A stretch of DNA of 64,000 bases, taken from Gloeothece citriformis PCC 7424. GTDB taxonomy: Bacteria; Cyanobacteriota; Cyanobacteriia; Cyanobacteriales; Microcystaceae. Every line of letters begins with the position of its first letter. The stretch's first letter is position 1. The stretch is from contig NC_011729.1 in assembly GCF_000021825.1 (NCBI RefSeq), positions 1,698,919 through 1,762,918 on the forward strand. The letters run 5' to 3'. The notes under the pieces were generated by a model, which was given only the letters and a program-made list of their open reading frames with translations, had not been told where the DNA came from and ran no database searches. Made by a program: the position numbers and the translations under genes. Below, piece by piece: positions 21,035 through 31,237 of the stretch.

Positions 21035-21204
21035 ACCAAGAATCACCGCACTTCTAGGGCGGTGAGTGTCAATCATTATTCCCCAAGTCAACGAGGAAAC
21101 TACTGAACTTAACTCAAAAAAATTCAGCCCTAGAAAAACTTTAAATATAGCTCGTAATTGTAAAAGTTGCTTACAATAGGAGCAGGTCATCATCTGATGG
21201 GGCT

Positions 21205-22422
21205 TTGATGAGAATGAGTTTATCGATTAAACAAATAGGAATTTCTTTAGGATTATTAGCAGTTGGCACTGGTATAGGGGTTTTAGGAAGTCAACATTTA
21301 ATCAACCAACCAACAACAACGGCACAACAAAAGCCCCAGCAAATAGTGCCGGCAGGACTCCCTTCCTTTTCTTTACCCACGAATTCATCACAAAACGATG
21401 AAGATTTAAACTTTATTGCTAAAGCCGTAAAAAAGGTGGGGCCGGCAGTGGTGAGAATTGATGCAGCCAGAGAAGTCGCCCAACAACTGCCCGAAGGCTT
21501 TGAACATCCTTTATTTCGTCATTTCTTTGGCAATGAAGTTCCTATCCCCAAAGATCATATAGAACGGGGTACAGGCTCAGGATTTATTATAAGCTCCGAT
21601 GGAGAATTGCTCACTAATGCCCACGTCGTTCAAGGTGCAACGGCGGTAAAAGTCACCCTCAAAAATGGTCGAACTTATGAGGGACAAGTGATAGGAATAG
21701 ATGAGATGACCGATGTGGCAGTGGTTAAAATTGAGGCCACTGATTTACCTACCGTCAGTTTAGGAGAAGCACAAACGTTACAGCCTGGGGAATGGGCGAT
21801 CGCTATTGGCAATCCTTTAGGATTAGATAATACGGTAACAGTAGGTATTATTAGCGCGTTAGGGCGTACTAGCACCGAGGTGGGAGTTCCCGACAAACGG
21901 GTGAGGTTTATTCAAACCGATGCCGCTATTAACCCCGGTAATTCTGGGGGGCCGTTACTAAATTCTCAAGGGGAAGTCGTGGGAATTAATACGGCTATTC
22001 GGGCGAATGCACAAGGGTTAGGGTTTGCAATTCCCATTGAAACGGCGACTAAAGTGGCGGATCAACTATTTACCACTGGAAAAGCAGAACATCCCTATTT
22101 AGGAATTCATATGGTAACCCTTACTCCAGAAATAAGGGAACAGGTCAATAAAAGTGAAGAGTTTAAGATTAAAATTGCTCAAGATATAGGGGTGTTAGTG
22201 ATTCGGGTTGTGGATAATTCTCCAGCACAACAAGCCGGATTTCAAGCCGGGGATATTATTGAAGAAGTCGGAGGTCAACCGGTAGAAACGGCCACAGATG
22301 TACAAGAACAAGTAGAAGCCAGTACCATCGGAGAAGATTTAGAGGTAAAAATTAACCGTCAAGGAGCAACAAAAATTCTGGCAGTACGTCCGGGCGCATT
22401 TCCCGAACAATCCATGAGATAA
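21205..22422 (+). CDS. htrA: HtrA/DegP-family serine protease with PDZ domain
   Basis: Signal/TM N-terminus. Catalytic triad context includes TNAHVV and GNSGGPLLN. A C-terminal PDZ domain is present. Confidence 0.9.
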   Translation: MMRMSLSIKQIGISLGLLAVGTGIGVLGSQHLINQPTTTAQQKPQQIVPAGLPSFSLPTNSSQNDEDLNFIAKAVKKVGPAVVRIDAAREVAQQLPEGFEHPLFRHFFGNEVPIPKDHIERGTGSGFIISSDGELLTNAHVVQGATAVKVTLKNGRTYEGQVIGIDEMTDVAVVKIEATDLPTVSLGEAQTLQPGEWAIAIGNPLGLDNTVTVGIISALGRTSTEVGVPDKRVRFIQTDAAINPGNSGGPLLNSQGEVVGINTAIRANAQGLGFAIPIETATKVADQLFTTGKAEHPYLGIHMVTLTPEIREQVNKSEEFKIKIAQDIGVLVIRVVDNSPAQQAGFQAGDIIEEVGGQPVETATDVQEQVEASTIGEDLEVKINRQGATKILAVRPGAFPEQSMR

Positions 22423-22480
22423 ATATCTAAACTTTCATTTACCTATTAAAATTGGCAAAAACACATCGGATAACCAAAAA

Positions 22481-22882
22481 ATGCAGACTTATGAAAAAGA
22501 CTTTTATCAATGGACGATAGACCAAGCACAAGCTTTACGATCGCGTGATGATAGCTCTTTAGATTGGAATAATTTAACTCTTGAGATAGAATCATTGGGT
22601 AAGGAGCAACTACACGCTGTAGAAAGTTATTTAAAACAATTAATCGCCCATCAGTTTAAGCTTCAATATGTGGATGACGAGTATTGTCGTAGGGGTTGGC
22701 AAAAAGAAATTAACAACTTTCTCGATCAAATCGAAGATCGCTTAACCAATTCCATGAAACCTAAAATTGATTTAGAAAAGGTTTATCGACGGGCAAGACG
22801 GGATGTATTGATAGATTACCCGGAGCTTGAGGGGATACTTCCTGAAAAATGTCCTGACAGTCTTGATGATCTGTTGAGGTAA
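22481..22882 (+). CDS. DUF29-family protein
   Basis: N-terminal YEKDFYQWTIDQAQALRSRD is the DUF29 signature common in cyanobacteria. Confidence 0.7.
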   Translation: MQTYEKDFYQWTIDQAQALRSRDDSSLDWNNLTLEIESLGKEQLHAVESYLKQLIAHQFKLQYVDDEYCRRGWQKEINNFLDQIEDRLTNSMKPKIDLEKVYRRARRDVLIDYPELEGILPEKCPDSLDDLLR

Positions 22883-22898
22883 CTGGGGACATATCGAC

Positions 22899-23786
22899 AT
22901 GAATAGAGTGTTAATTACGGGTGCTAGTGGTTTTTTAGGCTGGAATCTTTGCCAAATTGCTCAAACGTCCTGGGAAATTTATGGAACGTATTATTCCCAT
23001 GCTATTCAATCCCCAAATGTTAATTTTTTAAAAGTTGACTTGACAGATTTTAATAATCTTAAACAACTTTTTGCTGATGTCAACCCCACTGGGGTCATTC
23101 ATCTGGCGGCTCAATCTAAACCTAATTTTTGTCAACAGTATCCTGAACCCTCTTATTTAATTAATGTAACGACTTCGTTAAATATTGCGGGTTTATGTGC
23201 GGATTATGATATTCCCTGTGTTTTTACCTCTACTGATCTAGTTTTTGATGGATTAAATCCACCTTACAAAGAAACTGATCCGGTTTCCCCTATTAGTTAT
23301 TATGGAGAACAAAAAGTTCTGGCTGAACAGGGAATGTTACAACGGTATCCTAAGACCGTAATTTGTAGAATGCCGTTAATGTTCGGCTTCCCGTCTCCTG
23401 TGGCGGATAGTTTTATTCAATCTTTTCTTACAACTCTGCAACAAGGAAAAGAGTTAAAGTTATTTATCGATGAGTGGAGAACTCCAGTCAGTGGCTCAAC
23501 GGCAGCAAAAGGACTGTTATTAGCCTTAGAAAAAGGAGAGAGAATACTCCATTTAGGGGGAAAAGAGAGGATTTCTCGTTATGAATTTGGGGGGTTAATG
23601 GCAGAGGTTTTACAACTGAAAACAGAGCTAATTAAGCCTTGTTCCCAGAAAGATGTGATTATGGCTGCTCCTCGACCGACTGATGTTTCTTTAGATAGTT
23701 CCAAGGCTTTCGCGTTAGGATATGAGCCGTTATCGCTACGGGAAGAATTGCAACAATTAAAGAGCTTGGTTGGGGAAAATATGTAG
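22899..23786 (+). CDS. NAD(P)-dependent sugar-nucleotide reductase/epimerase (SDR; RmlD-like)
   Basis: Rossmann ITGASGFLG N-terminus, ~295 aa, and a YxxxK region. Confidence 0.7.
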   Translation: MNRVLITGASGFLGWNLCQIAQTSWEIYGTYYSHAIQSPNVNFLKVDLTDFNNLKQLFADVNPTGVIHLAAQSKPNFCQQYPEPSYLINVTTSLNIAGLCADYDIPCVFTSTDLVFDGLNPPYKETDPVSPISYYGEQKVLAEQGMLQRYPKTVICRMPLMFGFPSPVADSFIQSFLTTLQQGKELKLFIDEWRTPVSGSTAAKGLLLALEKGERILHLGGKERISRYEFGGLMAEVLQLKTELIKPCSQKDVIMAAPRPTDVSLDSSKAFALGYEPLSLREELQQLKSLVGENM

Positions 23787-24001
23787 TTTTATAAATAAGA
23801 ATTAAATTAAATTAAAAAAGATTGAAGTAATTGAACTAATTTAAAATTTTTCAAAAATAGAAAGAAAAACTCTCTTAGATATTAAATAGTCATTTAGAAT
23901 AAAAGTGAATTCCAAAAAGACTAGAGAGATTCAAAGGAATCATTGTTTTTTTAAGTCTCCACACATTATTAATTATTTTGTTGCGTTGAAGCAAGGAAAG
24001 G

Positions 24002-25078
24002 TTGCTTATGAGCAATGTCATTTTAGGTCGTCGTGAATTAGATCTGGGTACTACTTGGGAAAAATTCTGTCAGTGGATAACTAGCACAGAAAATCGCATC
24101 TACATCGGATGGTTTGGCGTATTAATGATTCCTACGCTTTTTGCGGCTGCCATGTGTTTTGCGATCGCTTTTGTCTGCGCTCCCCCAGTGGATATGGACG
24201 GAATTAGAGAGCCTGTTTTGGGGTCTTTATTAAGTGGCAATAACTTCATTAGTGCGGCTGTCATTCCCACCTCCGCCGCCATCGGATTACATTATTATCC
24301 GATTTGGGATGCTGCCTCTCTAGATGAGTGGTTATACAATGGAGGGCCTTATCAATTAATTATTTTCCATTTCCTGATCGGGATTTGGTGCTATTTAGGA
24401 CGTTTATGGGAATTAAGCTATCGTTTAGGGATGCGTCCTTGGATTGCGGTGGCTTATTCTGCGCCGGTTGCTGCGGCTAGTGCGGTTTTCCTCGTGTATC
24501 CTATTGGTCAAGGGAGTTTTTCTGAAGGAATGCCTCTGGGTATCAGTGGAACATTTTACTTTATGTTAGGGTTTCAAGCTGACCACAATATTTTAATGCA
24601 CCCTCTGCATATGTTAGCAGTAGCAGGGATTTTTGGCGGTGCTTTATTGTCTTCTTTACATGGATCTTTGGTCACTTCTAGTTTAGTTCAAGAAACCACT
24701 GAAGAAGAATCCATTAACCAAGGCTATAGATTTGGTCAACAAGAAACCACCTATAATTTACTTGCCGGTCATGAGGGTTATTTAGGTCGTCTTTTAGTCC
24801 CTGGACTCGGTTTACGCAATAGTCGCTCTCTCCACTTTATCATTGCGGCTGTTCCTGTGATTGGGATTTGGTGCGCTACCTTAGCGGTAGGAACAATGGC
24901 TTTTAATCTCAACGGATTTAATTTTAATCAATCTGTTGTGGATAGTCAGGGTCATCCTATTTACACCGATGCAGATTTACTGAACCGAGCTAATTTAGGA
25001 ATTAGAGCAATGCACGCTCCTAATGCTCATCATTTTCCTTTAACTTTAGCCGGAGGAGAAGCTTTACCGATTAGTTAA
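24002..25078 (+). CDS. psbA: Photosystem II D1 homologue with altered Mn-cluster ligands (rogue/sentinel D1, rD1 type)
   Basis: Full-length D1 fold is present ([24 protein letters not shown]…NGFNFNQSV). The canonical Mn4CaO5 ligands are changed: D170 to E (GSFSEG), E189 to D (FQADHN), E333 to A (MHAPNAH) and D342 to T (PLTLA). The C-terminal extension is short. Confidence 0.85.
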   Translation: MLMSNVILGRRELDLGTTWEKFCQWITSTENRIYIGWFGVLMIPTLFAAAMCFAIAFVCAPPVDMDGIREPVLGSLLSGNNFISAAVIPTSAAIGLHYYPIWDAASLDEWLYNGGPYQLIIFHFLIGIWCYLGRLWELSYRLGMRPWIAVAYSAPVAAASAVFLVYPIGQGSFSEGMPLGISGTFYFMLGFQADHNILMHPLHMLAVAGIFGGALLSSLHGSLVTSSLVQETTEEESINQGYRFGQQETTYNLLAGHEGYLGRLLVPGLGLRNSRSLHFIIAAVPVIGIWCATLAVGTMAFNLNGFNFNQSVVDSQGHPIYTDADLLNRANLGIRAMHAPNAHHFPLTLAGGEALPIS

Positions 25079-25214
25079 TGATTGCTATTTCTAGTTAACA
25101 AGATTATCTGGCGTTCCCTTTTTCGGAGCGCTTTTTTTTCGCGTACTTTTGAGATCCTTAAGGTAAAAATTATATAATAGTTATTATTTCGATATTAAGC
25201 CAAACCAATAGAAG

Positions 25215-26087
25215 ATGACTTATCTTAAAGATCAATCCAGTACAACAACACAAATTTTTATTAGTTATGTGGGATCAGATATAGTTGCTGCAAAAGCAAT
25301 TGTAGAAGGGTTAAGATCCCGTAATCTTGATGTGTGGTTGGATGAATATGAACTTAAAGCTGGAGAAAATTGGGTTGATTCTATTCGTAATGCTATTTCA
25401 GCAAGTTCCTACTTTTTCCTGCTACTATCCAAAGATTCTGTAAATTCCCCTTTTATAAATACCGAATTTATTTCTATACTTAAGGAATTGCAAATCCGAA
25501 ATATTACATTAATACCAATTCTTTTAGAAAATTGTGAGATTCCGCAACCGTTAGCCGTCTATCAGTTTTTCGATATGAGAAGCGGAATAGAGGAAAATTT
25601 AGACCAATTAGCTAATACTCTTAAATCTGCCTCAAAAATTGATTTTGAAAAATTAACTCCAAAAACATTTGACCAACTCGTTATAGATCTTCTTAAAAAA
25701 CTAGGTTTTGTCAATTCTAAGCTTAATAGTCAAATTAACGAGTTAGGTATTGACGCTATCGTAGAGTTTCCACAAAAAGACCCTTTTGGCTCTGAAATCC
25801 GTGAAATTTATTTAGTTGAAACTAAGTTTTATCGCCATTCTCGTCCTGATTTGCGAGCGCTTAGACAACTTGTTGAATATACTAAAATACTTTCTGAAAT
25901 TGATCAAGCCCTTCTTATTACTAACGGACAACTTACTTCTACTGCTCATGATTGGGCAAATGATGCAACAAAAAATACTGGTATTCCAATTCGTATTATT
26001 GATGGGACAGAATTGAAGCGACTTCTGCTACAAAACACCGATTTAGTTTCTCAATACTTTACTCCTATTCTGAGTAATGCTTCATGA
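25215..26087 (+). CDS. TIR domain fused to an Mrr-type restriction-endonuclease (PD-(D/E)xK) domain
   Basis: The N-terminal ~130 aa are TIR-like (IFISYVGSD…VWLDEYELKAGENWVDSIRNAI…FFLLLSKDSVNSPFINTEF). The C-terminus matches the Mrr catalytic domain (GIDAIV…VETKFY…ALLITNGQLTSTA…IRIIDGTEL). The gene is AT-rich. Confidence 0.8.
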   Translation: MTYLKDQSSTTTQIFISYVGSDIVAAKAIVEGLRSRNLDVWLDEYELKAGENWVDSIRNAISASSYFFLLLSKDSVNSPFINTEFISILKELQIRNITLIPILLENCEIPQPLAVYQFFDMRSGIEENLDQLANTLKSASKIDFEKLTPKTFDQLVIDLLKKLGFVNSKLNSQINELGIDAIVEFPQKDPFGSEIREIYLVETKFYRHSRPDLRALRQLVEYTKILSEIDQALLITNGQLTSTAHDWANDATKNTGIPIRIIDGTELKRLLLQNTDLVSQYFTPILSNAS

Positions 26088-26623
26088 GTGAAATTATTGA
26101 TTTAATCAAGTGGCTTGATAACTGTCCTGCTGGAAAAAAAGGATGGCGCGAATTTGAAGATCTCTGTGTAGATATTCTTAAATTTCTCTTTGTTCCTCCA
26201 TTAGTTGAACCTAAAATTCAATCTCGGACATACTCTGGCATAAATCGACGAGATGCTGTATTTCCTAATCGTAATTTTGAGCAAACAAAGGGTTGGGGGT
26301 TACTTTTACGTGAATTAAATGCAAGAATGGTACTTTTTGAATTTAAAAATTATGATTTAACAGAAATAGGAAAGGAGGAAGTTATTCAAACTGATAATTA
26401 TTTAACTGAACCAATGGGGAGACTTGGAATTATGGTATGTAATAAACTTCCTAATAATACAGCCCATATTCAACGAAATACTCTCTATAGTCGCAACCGT
26501 AAAGTAATTATTTTTATGACAAAAGCTCATTTAAAAGAAATGCTTTTGATTAAAGAACGAGGGGAAGATCCTTGTGATTTAATTATTGATCTCGTTGAGG
26601 AATTTTATTTACAACATGAATGA
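26084..26623 (+). CDS. Hypothetical PD-(D/E)xK-like nuclease-fold protein, translationally coupled to the TIR-Mrr gene
   Basis: Its start overlaps the upstream stop (ATGA). Motifs RRDAVF…VLFEFKNY fit a D…ExK pattern. No family was recognised. Confidence 0.45.
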   Translation: MSEIIDLIKWLDNCPAGKKGWREFEDLCVDILKFLFVPPLVEPKIQSRTYSGINRRDAVFPNRNFEQTKGWGLLLRELNARMVLFEFKNYDLTEIGKEEVIQTDNYLTEPMGRLGIMVCNKLPNNTAHIQRNTLYSRNRKVIIFMTKAHLKEMLLIKERGEDPCDLIIDLVEEFYLQHE

Positions 26624-26680
26624 TAAAAATTTAATATAGCAATCAGGAATCAGATGTGAGAAATAGGTTTTTGAATCCCT

Positions 26681-26709
26681 GTAGAGACGTTGCATGCAAC
26701 GTCTCTACA
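26681..26709. repeat. Palindromic repeat family 5 (GTAGAGACGTTGCATGCAACGTCTCTAC)
   Basis: Perfect 28-bp palindrome. Two related copies lie at 50883-50910 and 50926-50953. Confidence 0.7.
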
Positions 26710-26837
26710 TTTATTTATAATGATGACTTCTCATAAATCATTCTTGATTGCTATAGTAACTCATTTTATACAATTTTGTTAAAAGTTTTTAAAAATACAA
26801 TTTTAAGCTACAATAAAAAAAATATATTTCTTTAAAT

Positions 26838-27293
26838 ATGTCTGAGCAATTTAAGTTTATTCTAGAGCGTTGTTCAACCAATCAACAAAAAGAGCTATTA
26901 ATTCAAATTAAATCTATTATTCTTCAAGATAGCAGAGTTAAAGAATTTCCTGAAACCCGTCACATAAAATATGGTTCAAATCAATCGAATATTTTTGCTG
27001 AAATAATTTTTTTAAAAAAGTGGGAGCATCCAAAATTATTTTTAACTTTACCTCGTGTTAATAATCAATATCAAATTACAAAAAATCGATGTAGATATGC
27101 TATAAATATTAATCCTGATGGAACTATTCCTGAAATAATATATATTTATCAAGTAAAAAAGATAAAATATGATAACAATTCTCGTCGTTTCTCTAGCCTT
27201 TTAAAAGCTTTAACAGAAAACTCGATAGATGATACAAATAATTTAGAACAACTTATAAAGTTAACTTTAGATAATAACTTAAAAAATTTGTAG
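26838..27293 (+). CDS. Hypothetical protein (AT-rich, no recognisable domain)
   Basis: 151-aa ORF with strongly AT-biased codons. Its stop codon sits inside the family-2 hairpin. Confidence 0.4.
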   Translation: MSEQFKFILERCSTNQQKELLIQIKSIILQDSRVKEFPETRHIKYGSNQSNIFAEIIFLKKWEHPKLFLTLPRVNNQYQITKNRCRYAININPDGTIPEIIYIYQVKKIKYDNNSRRFSSLLKALTENSIDDTNNLEQLIKLTLDNNLKNL

Positions 27294-27310
27294 GGTGGGC
27301 ATTGCCCACC
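27289..27310. terminator. Family-2 hairpin (GGTGGGCAtTGCCCACC) acting as a bidirectional terminator
   Basis: Perfect 8-bp GC stem exactly between the 3' ends of the 26838 ORF and thiOG. Confidence 0.5.
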
Positions 27311-27318
27311 GATATCAT

Positions 27319-29277
27319 TTATACCACCGTACCCGTCAGGGGAGAACTCGCACTCGCATAAGATTTTAAAGGCATTCTACCCGCTAAATAGGCCAGTCTT
27401 CCGGCTTGTGCCGCCATCCCCATCGCTTTCGCCATGGCCGGGGGATTTTTAGAAAGAGCGATCGCACTATTAACCAACAACGCATCAGCGCCCATTTCCA
27501 TCGCTAAAGCCGCCTCTGAGGGAGTTCCTATCCCTGCATCTACCACCACCGGAATTTTAGACTGTTCAATAATAATAGCGATATTGGCCTCGTTTTTAAT
27601 CCCTTGTCCCGAACCAATAGGCGATCCTAACGGCATCACTGTAGCACATCCGACTTCTTCTAAGCGTTTCGCTAACAGAGGATCAGCATTAATATAAGGA
27701 AGGACAGCAAACCCCTCTTTAACTAATTGTTCGGCGGCTTGTAACGTTCCGATCGGATCGGGTAATAAATATTTAGGATCGGGGATCACTTCTAACTTAA
27801 TAAAATTATTGTCTTCTTGTCCCAATAACTTCGCCATTTCTCGCCCTAACCGCGCAACCCTTATCGCATCCTCTGCGGTTTTACAGCCGGCAGTATTGGG
27901 CAACATCCAAATTTTACCCCAGTCGATCGCTTCTGCGAGTCCTTCATGGCCGGGGGCTTTCGTTTGTACCCGTCTTACCGCTACCGTCACAATTTCACAT
28001 TCACTCGCTATGACACTCTTTTGCATTGCCTCAATAGAGGGGTATTTACCCGTACCCGTCATCAAACGTGAGCGAAATTTACGCCCGGCAATGATTAAAT
28101 GATCCTCGGTTGAGGGTTCAGGAAGTTGAGGAATAGAACTAGATCCATTGACACTGGCAAATTGTAGCGGTTGAGTTCCGTTGGTATTCATAGGTGTAGA
28201 CAAGGGTTTAGAAAAAAAGCGATCGTAGCGGAAATGAGATAAAAGCGGATCGGTTTTTTGTTGCAAAATTAGATCGGCTATTAAAGAAGCAGTCACGGGT
28301 GCTAATAAAATGCCATTGCGATAATGTCCCGTTGCCAAGACTAAATTATCACAAAATCCTCTGCCTAAAATCGGTAATTCATCCGGAGTCCCCGGACGAA
28401 ACCCCCACCAGAATTCCTCTATTGGCCAATTTTCTAGGGCAGGATAGAGACGAATAGCCCGATCTAAAAGGGTTTTGATGCCGTTTGGGGTATTGCCAGA
28501 AGTCCAGTTTACCTCTTCTACTGTCGCCCCAATAATTAACCGTCCGTCTTGTCTAGGCACTAAATAAGTCCCTGGCCCATATAATACCCGTTGTAAGGGT
28601 AAGGGTTGATGGGGTTCTCTAGGCATTCTTAAGGATAACATTTGTCCTTTGACCGGACGCACCGGCAAGGGTAATAATTGATTAACCCAAGACCCACTGG
28701 CTAATACATAAGTTTGGCCTTCTATTTCTCCTCTAGAGGTTAAAATACTGCTCACTTTCCCCTGTTTTTGGGCGATCGCCTCGACAGTTACCCCCTCAAG
28801 TACATTTACGCCTAAACGTTGGGCGGCTTGATGTAACGCTTTCATCAGTTGCCGGTTGTCGACTTGTCCATCTTCGGGATACCACCAACCCCCCACCACC
28901 TCAGAACCGAGTCCGGGTTGATAATGGTTGATCCCCTCTTTATCCAACCAGGTTGCATCCCCTTGAGACTTGGGAATGTCAAAAACTGGCGCGAGGATAC
29001 CACAGGGAATATAACCTACTTCTAAAGCGCTTAAGTCTTGGAGTTTACGAACCCATTCCGGATACAACCAACGAGACTTTAAACATAAGTCTAACATTGC
29101 TCCTGGGGGGAGTTCTTCCGCGTGGGGGGCTAACATTCCGGCGGCGGCGTGACTGGCGGCTTGTTGAAAGTCTTGACTGATGACGGTTACGGTTGCGCCT
29201 CGCAGTTTGAGATCAACGGCGATCGCTAACCCGATAATTCCCCCACCAATAATAACAATTTCACTGGATGAATTCAT
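27319..29277 (-). CDS. thiOG: Bifunctional glycine oxidase ThiO / thiazole synthase ThiG
   Basis: The N-terminus is an FAD-binding Rossmann ([13 protein letters not shown]) ThiO/DAO domain of ~370 aa. The C-terminus is ThiG ([13 protein letters not shown]…). This fusion is common in cyanobacteria. Confidence 0.9.
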   Translation of the reverse strand: MNSSSEIVIIGGGIIGLAIAVDLKLRGATVTVISQDFQQAASHAAAGMLAPHAEELPPGAMLDLCLKSRWLYPEWVRKLQDLSALEVGYIPCGILAPVFDIPKSQGDATWLDKEGINHYQPGLGSEVVGGWWYPEDGQVDNRQLMKALHQAAQRLGVNVLEGVTVEAIAQKQGKVSSILTSRGEIEGQTYVLASGSWVNQLLPLPVRPVKGQMLSLRMPREPHQPLPLQRVLYGPGTYLVPRQDGRLIIGATVEEVNWTSGNTPNGIKTLLDRAIRLYPALENWPIEEFWWGFRPGTPDELPILGRGFCDNLVLATGHYRNGILLAPVTASLIADLILQQKTDPLLSHFRYDRFFSKPLSTPMNTNGTQPLQFASVNGSSSIPQLPEPSTEDHLIIAGRKFRSRLMTGTGKYPSIEAMQKSVIASECEIVTVAVRRVQTKAPGHEGLAEAIDWGKIWMLPNTAGCKTAEDAIRVARLGREMAKLLGQEDNNFIKLEVIPDPKYLLPDPIGTLQAAEQLVKEGFAVLPYINADPLLAKRLEEVGCATVMPLGSPIGSGQGIKNEANIAIIIEQSKIPVVVDAGIGTPSEAALAMEMGADALLVNSAIALSKNPPAMAKAMGMAAQAGRLAYLAGRMPLKSYASASSPLTGTVV

Positions 29278-29437
29278 ATTTTATAACTAATAATGCTTAA
29301 TCTCTAATTATTTTTTTAATTTGAATTAAATGGAAATACTATAATGTAATATCATTATTCTTCCTCTTGAAGTTGTTTCTTAAAATTCTCTAAATCTTCT
29401 AACGGCTTTGTTATGTCTGTTTCTTAGATTTTTTGAA

Positions 29438-29540
29438 TAATTGTCCGCACCCTATAGCGGATAAACGCAGATGAAATACTTATCACTAACATAAGTCTAC
29501 AGATGAAATGTTATAAAATTTTGTCGGATTTGTGCAAGAA
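29438..29540. repeat. ~110 bp repeat (family 6), copy B, in the thiOG leader
   Basis: aattgtccgcaccctatagcggataaacgcagatgaaatacttatcactaacataagtctacagatgaaatg…ggatttgtgcaagaag. Confidence 0.75.
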
Positions 29541-29734
29541 GTTTCTTGATAGCGGTAAGTAAGTAGAGAGTGACTCTTTTTAAGCGATCGATAGCTAAAA
29601 CCTGCTGGTTGCAGCATTGCCTTCAATTCCCGAATTTTTTTAGGCACGACTTTTCAAAACTAATCTGAGTAAATCTCTAGATTTACTAGCACCTCATTCA
29701 TTTTACCTGATTTGAGAGGAGATTATAGAGAGCC

Positions 29735-30172
29735 TTACGGTAAGTATTTTTGGACGACTGTCCAACCCGTAAAAGTGACCAAGAGAAACCCAAACAGAAG
29801 TATAATATTGGTGCTAATGTGAAGCGATCGCGCCCAAGGGTGTTTAGGGCTAATTTGTGTCGCGCTAATGGCTGAGATTAAGACTAACACAACCACTGAT
29901 AATCCGGCGATGAGATGGGGGGAATGACCTAAACTCCCATAGTGACCAATCGTCCCGATTATACCAATACTGAGCAATAACAAGACTAGAAAAACCATTA
30001 TTGCGCCGATCGTATAATGTAAAGGTCTTAACCATTTAGGACGGGGTTGTTTATTTGTGCGTCGGTTGTACATCCAAATTCCGCTTATCCCTAATACAGT
30101 ATAGGCTGTTAAGGATAATCCCATTGACCAAGCGGCTATTTTCCACAACCACAAAAAAGAAGGTAAGTTCAA
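29735..30172 (-). CDS. Integral membrane protein, hypothetical (4 TM)
   Basis: Hydrophobic profile only. Confidence 0.45.
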   Translation of the reverse strand: MNLPSFLWLWKIAAWSMGLSLTAYTVLGISGIWMYNRRTNKQPRPKWLRPLHYTIGAIMVFLVLLLLSIGIIGTIGHYGSLGHSPHLIAGLSVVVLVLISAISATQISPKHPWARSLHISTNIILLFGFLLVTFTGWTVVQKYLP

Positions 30173-30285
30173 TATTGTTTCCTATTAATTCGCCTTTAGC
30201 TTTTATTGTATGGCATAGAGCAAGAGTTGAACAATAGATAATGGCTACTTAATAATAAGTAAAACAATTAAGAAGATGAAAAATA

Positions 30286-30321
30286 ATTATCCATTATCCA
30301 TTATCAATTATCCATTATCCA
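30286..30321. repeat. Heptamer array (C/A)ATTATC x5 abutting the stop codon of the downstream dehydrogenase gene
   Basis: ccattatccattatcaattatccattatccat. Confidence 0.7.
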
Positions 30322-31203
30322 TTAATTTTGATAAGCTCTAATCATAGCTTGAGTGCCTTGATTTTCTCCTTGTCCGTTGTCCATTTCGGCGACTATTTTA
30401 AATAAGCGATCGGCTAAGTCAACTCCTGGAATAATATCAGATGAGCCGTTGAGCGTTTCTTTGACTAATCGAAGATCTTTAAGGATATGTTTAATCATAA
30501 ACCCTGGATTATAATCAGAGGCAGTAATTTTAGGAGCTAAATTAGTTAATGCCCAAGATCCAGCCGCTCCGGTACTACAAACTTCTATCATTAAATTGGG
30601 ATCAATTCCTTGCTGTTTAGCCATTTCTACTGCTTCACATAACCCCACCATATAAAGAGAAACTAAAGCTTGATTACAGAGTTTAACCGCTTGTCCACTC
30701 CCCACAGAACCACATAAACGGATCGTTTTTCCCATCGCTTCTAAATAGGGTTTACACTCTTGAAAATCTGGTTCATTTCCTCCTACCATAATGGTAAGAG
30801 TGCCTTTTTGTGCCCCAATATCGCCCCCCGAAATGGGAGCATCCATAAAGCGAAGATTGTGCTGTTTTAAAGTTTCTCCAATCTTAATCGCTGCCTTGCT
30901 GCCAATGGTACTAAAATCGACGATTAAAGTATTAGGTTTAGCATAATTAATCACCCCTTGCTCTCCTAAAATTACCTCTTCCACATCGGGAACATCCCCA
31001 ACACAAGTAAAAACGAGATCGGCGGTTTCTACTGCTTCCTGAATGGAAGAAACGATAATAGCCCCGGCATTTTCAGCAATTTCTACCCCAGGACGGTTAG
31101 GGGTACGATTCCAGGCTTTGACAGAATAGCCATGACGCACTAAATTGGCTGTCATAGGAGCGCCCATGACTCCAAGTCCTAAAAAGGCTAATTGTTGACT
31201 CAT
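30322..31203 (-). CDS. NAD(P)-dependent oxidoreductase, 3-hydroxyisobutyrate dehydrogenase family (MmsB/GarR-like)
   Basis: Rossmann LAFLGLGVMGAPMTANL start and the conserved family region (GSVGSGQAVKLCNQ). Confidence 0.85.
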   Translation of the reverse strand: MSQQLAFLGLGVMGAPMTANLVRHGYSVKAWNRTPNRPGVEIAENAGAIIVSSIQEAVETADLVFTCVGDVPDVEEVILGEQGVINYAKPNTLIVDFSTIGSKAAIKIGETLKQHNLRFMDAPISGGDIGAQKGTLTIMVGGNEPDFQECKPYLEAMGKTIRLCGSVGSGQAVKLCNQALVSLYMVGLCEAVEMAKQQGIDPNLMIEVCSTGAAGSWALTNLAPKITASDYNPGFMIKHILKDLRLVKETLNGSSDIIPGVDLADRLFKIVAEMDNGQGENQGTQAMIRAYQN

Positions 31204-31237
31204 GAAAATGACTCCATCTTTTACTTTTTAGACTATT

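Noticed and set aside
29278-29730. Possible TPP riboswitch in the thiOG leader
   Set aside because: I looked for the conserved CUGAGA / ACCUGAUCUGGAUAAUGCCAGCG-type core on the minus strand and did not find it. The leader instead contains the family-6 repeat.
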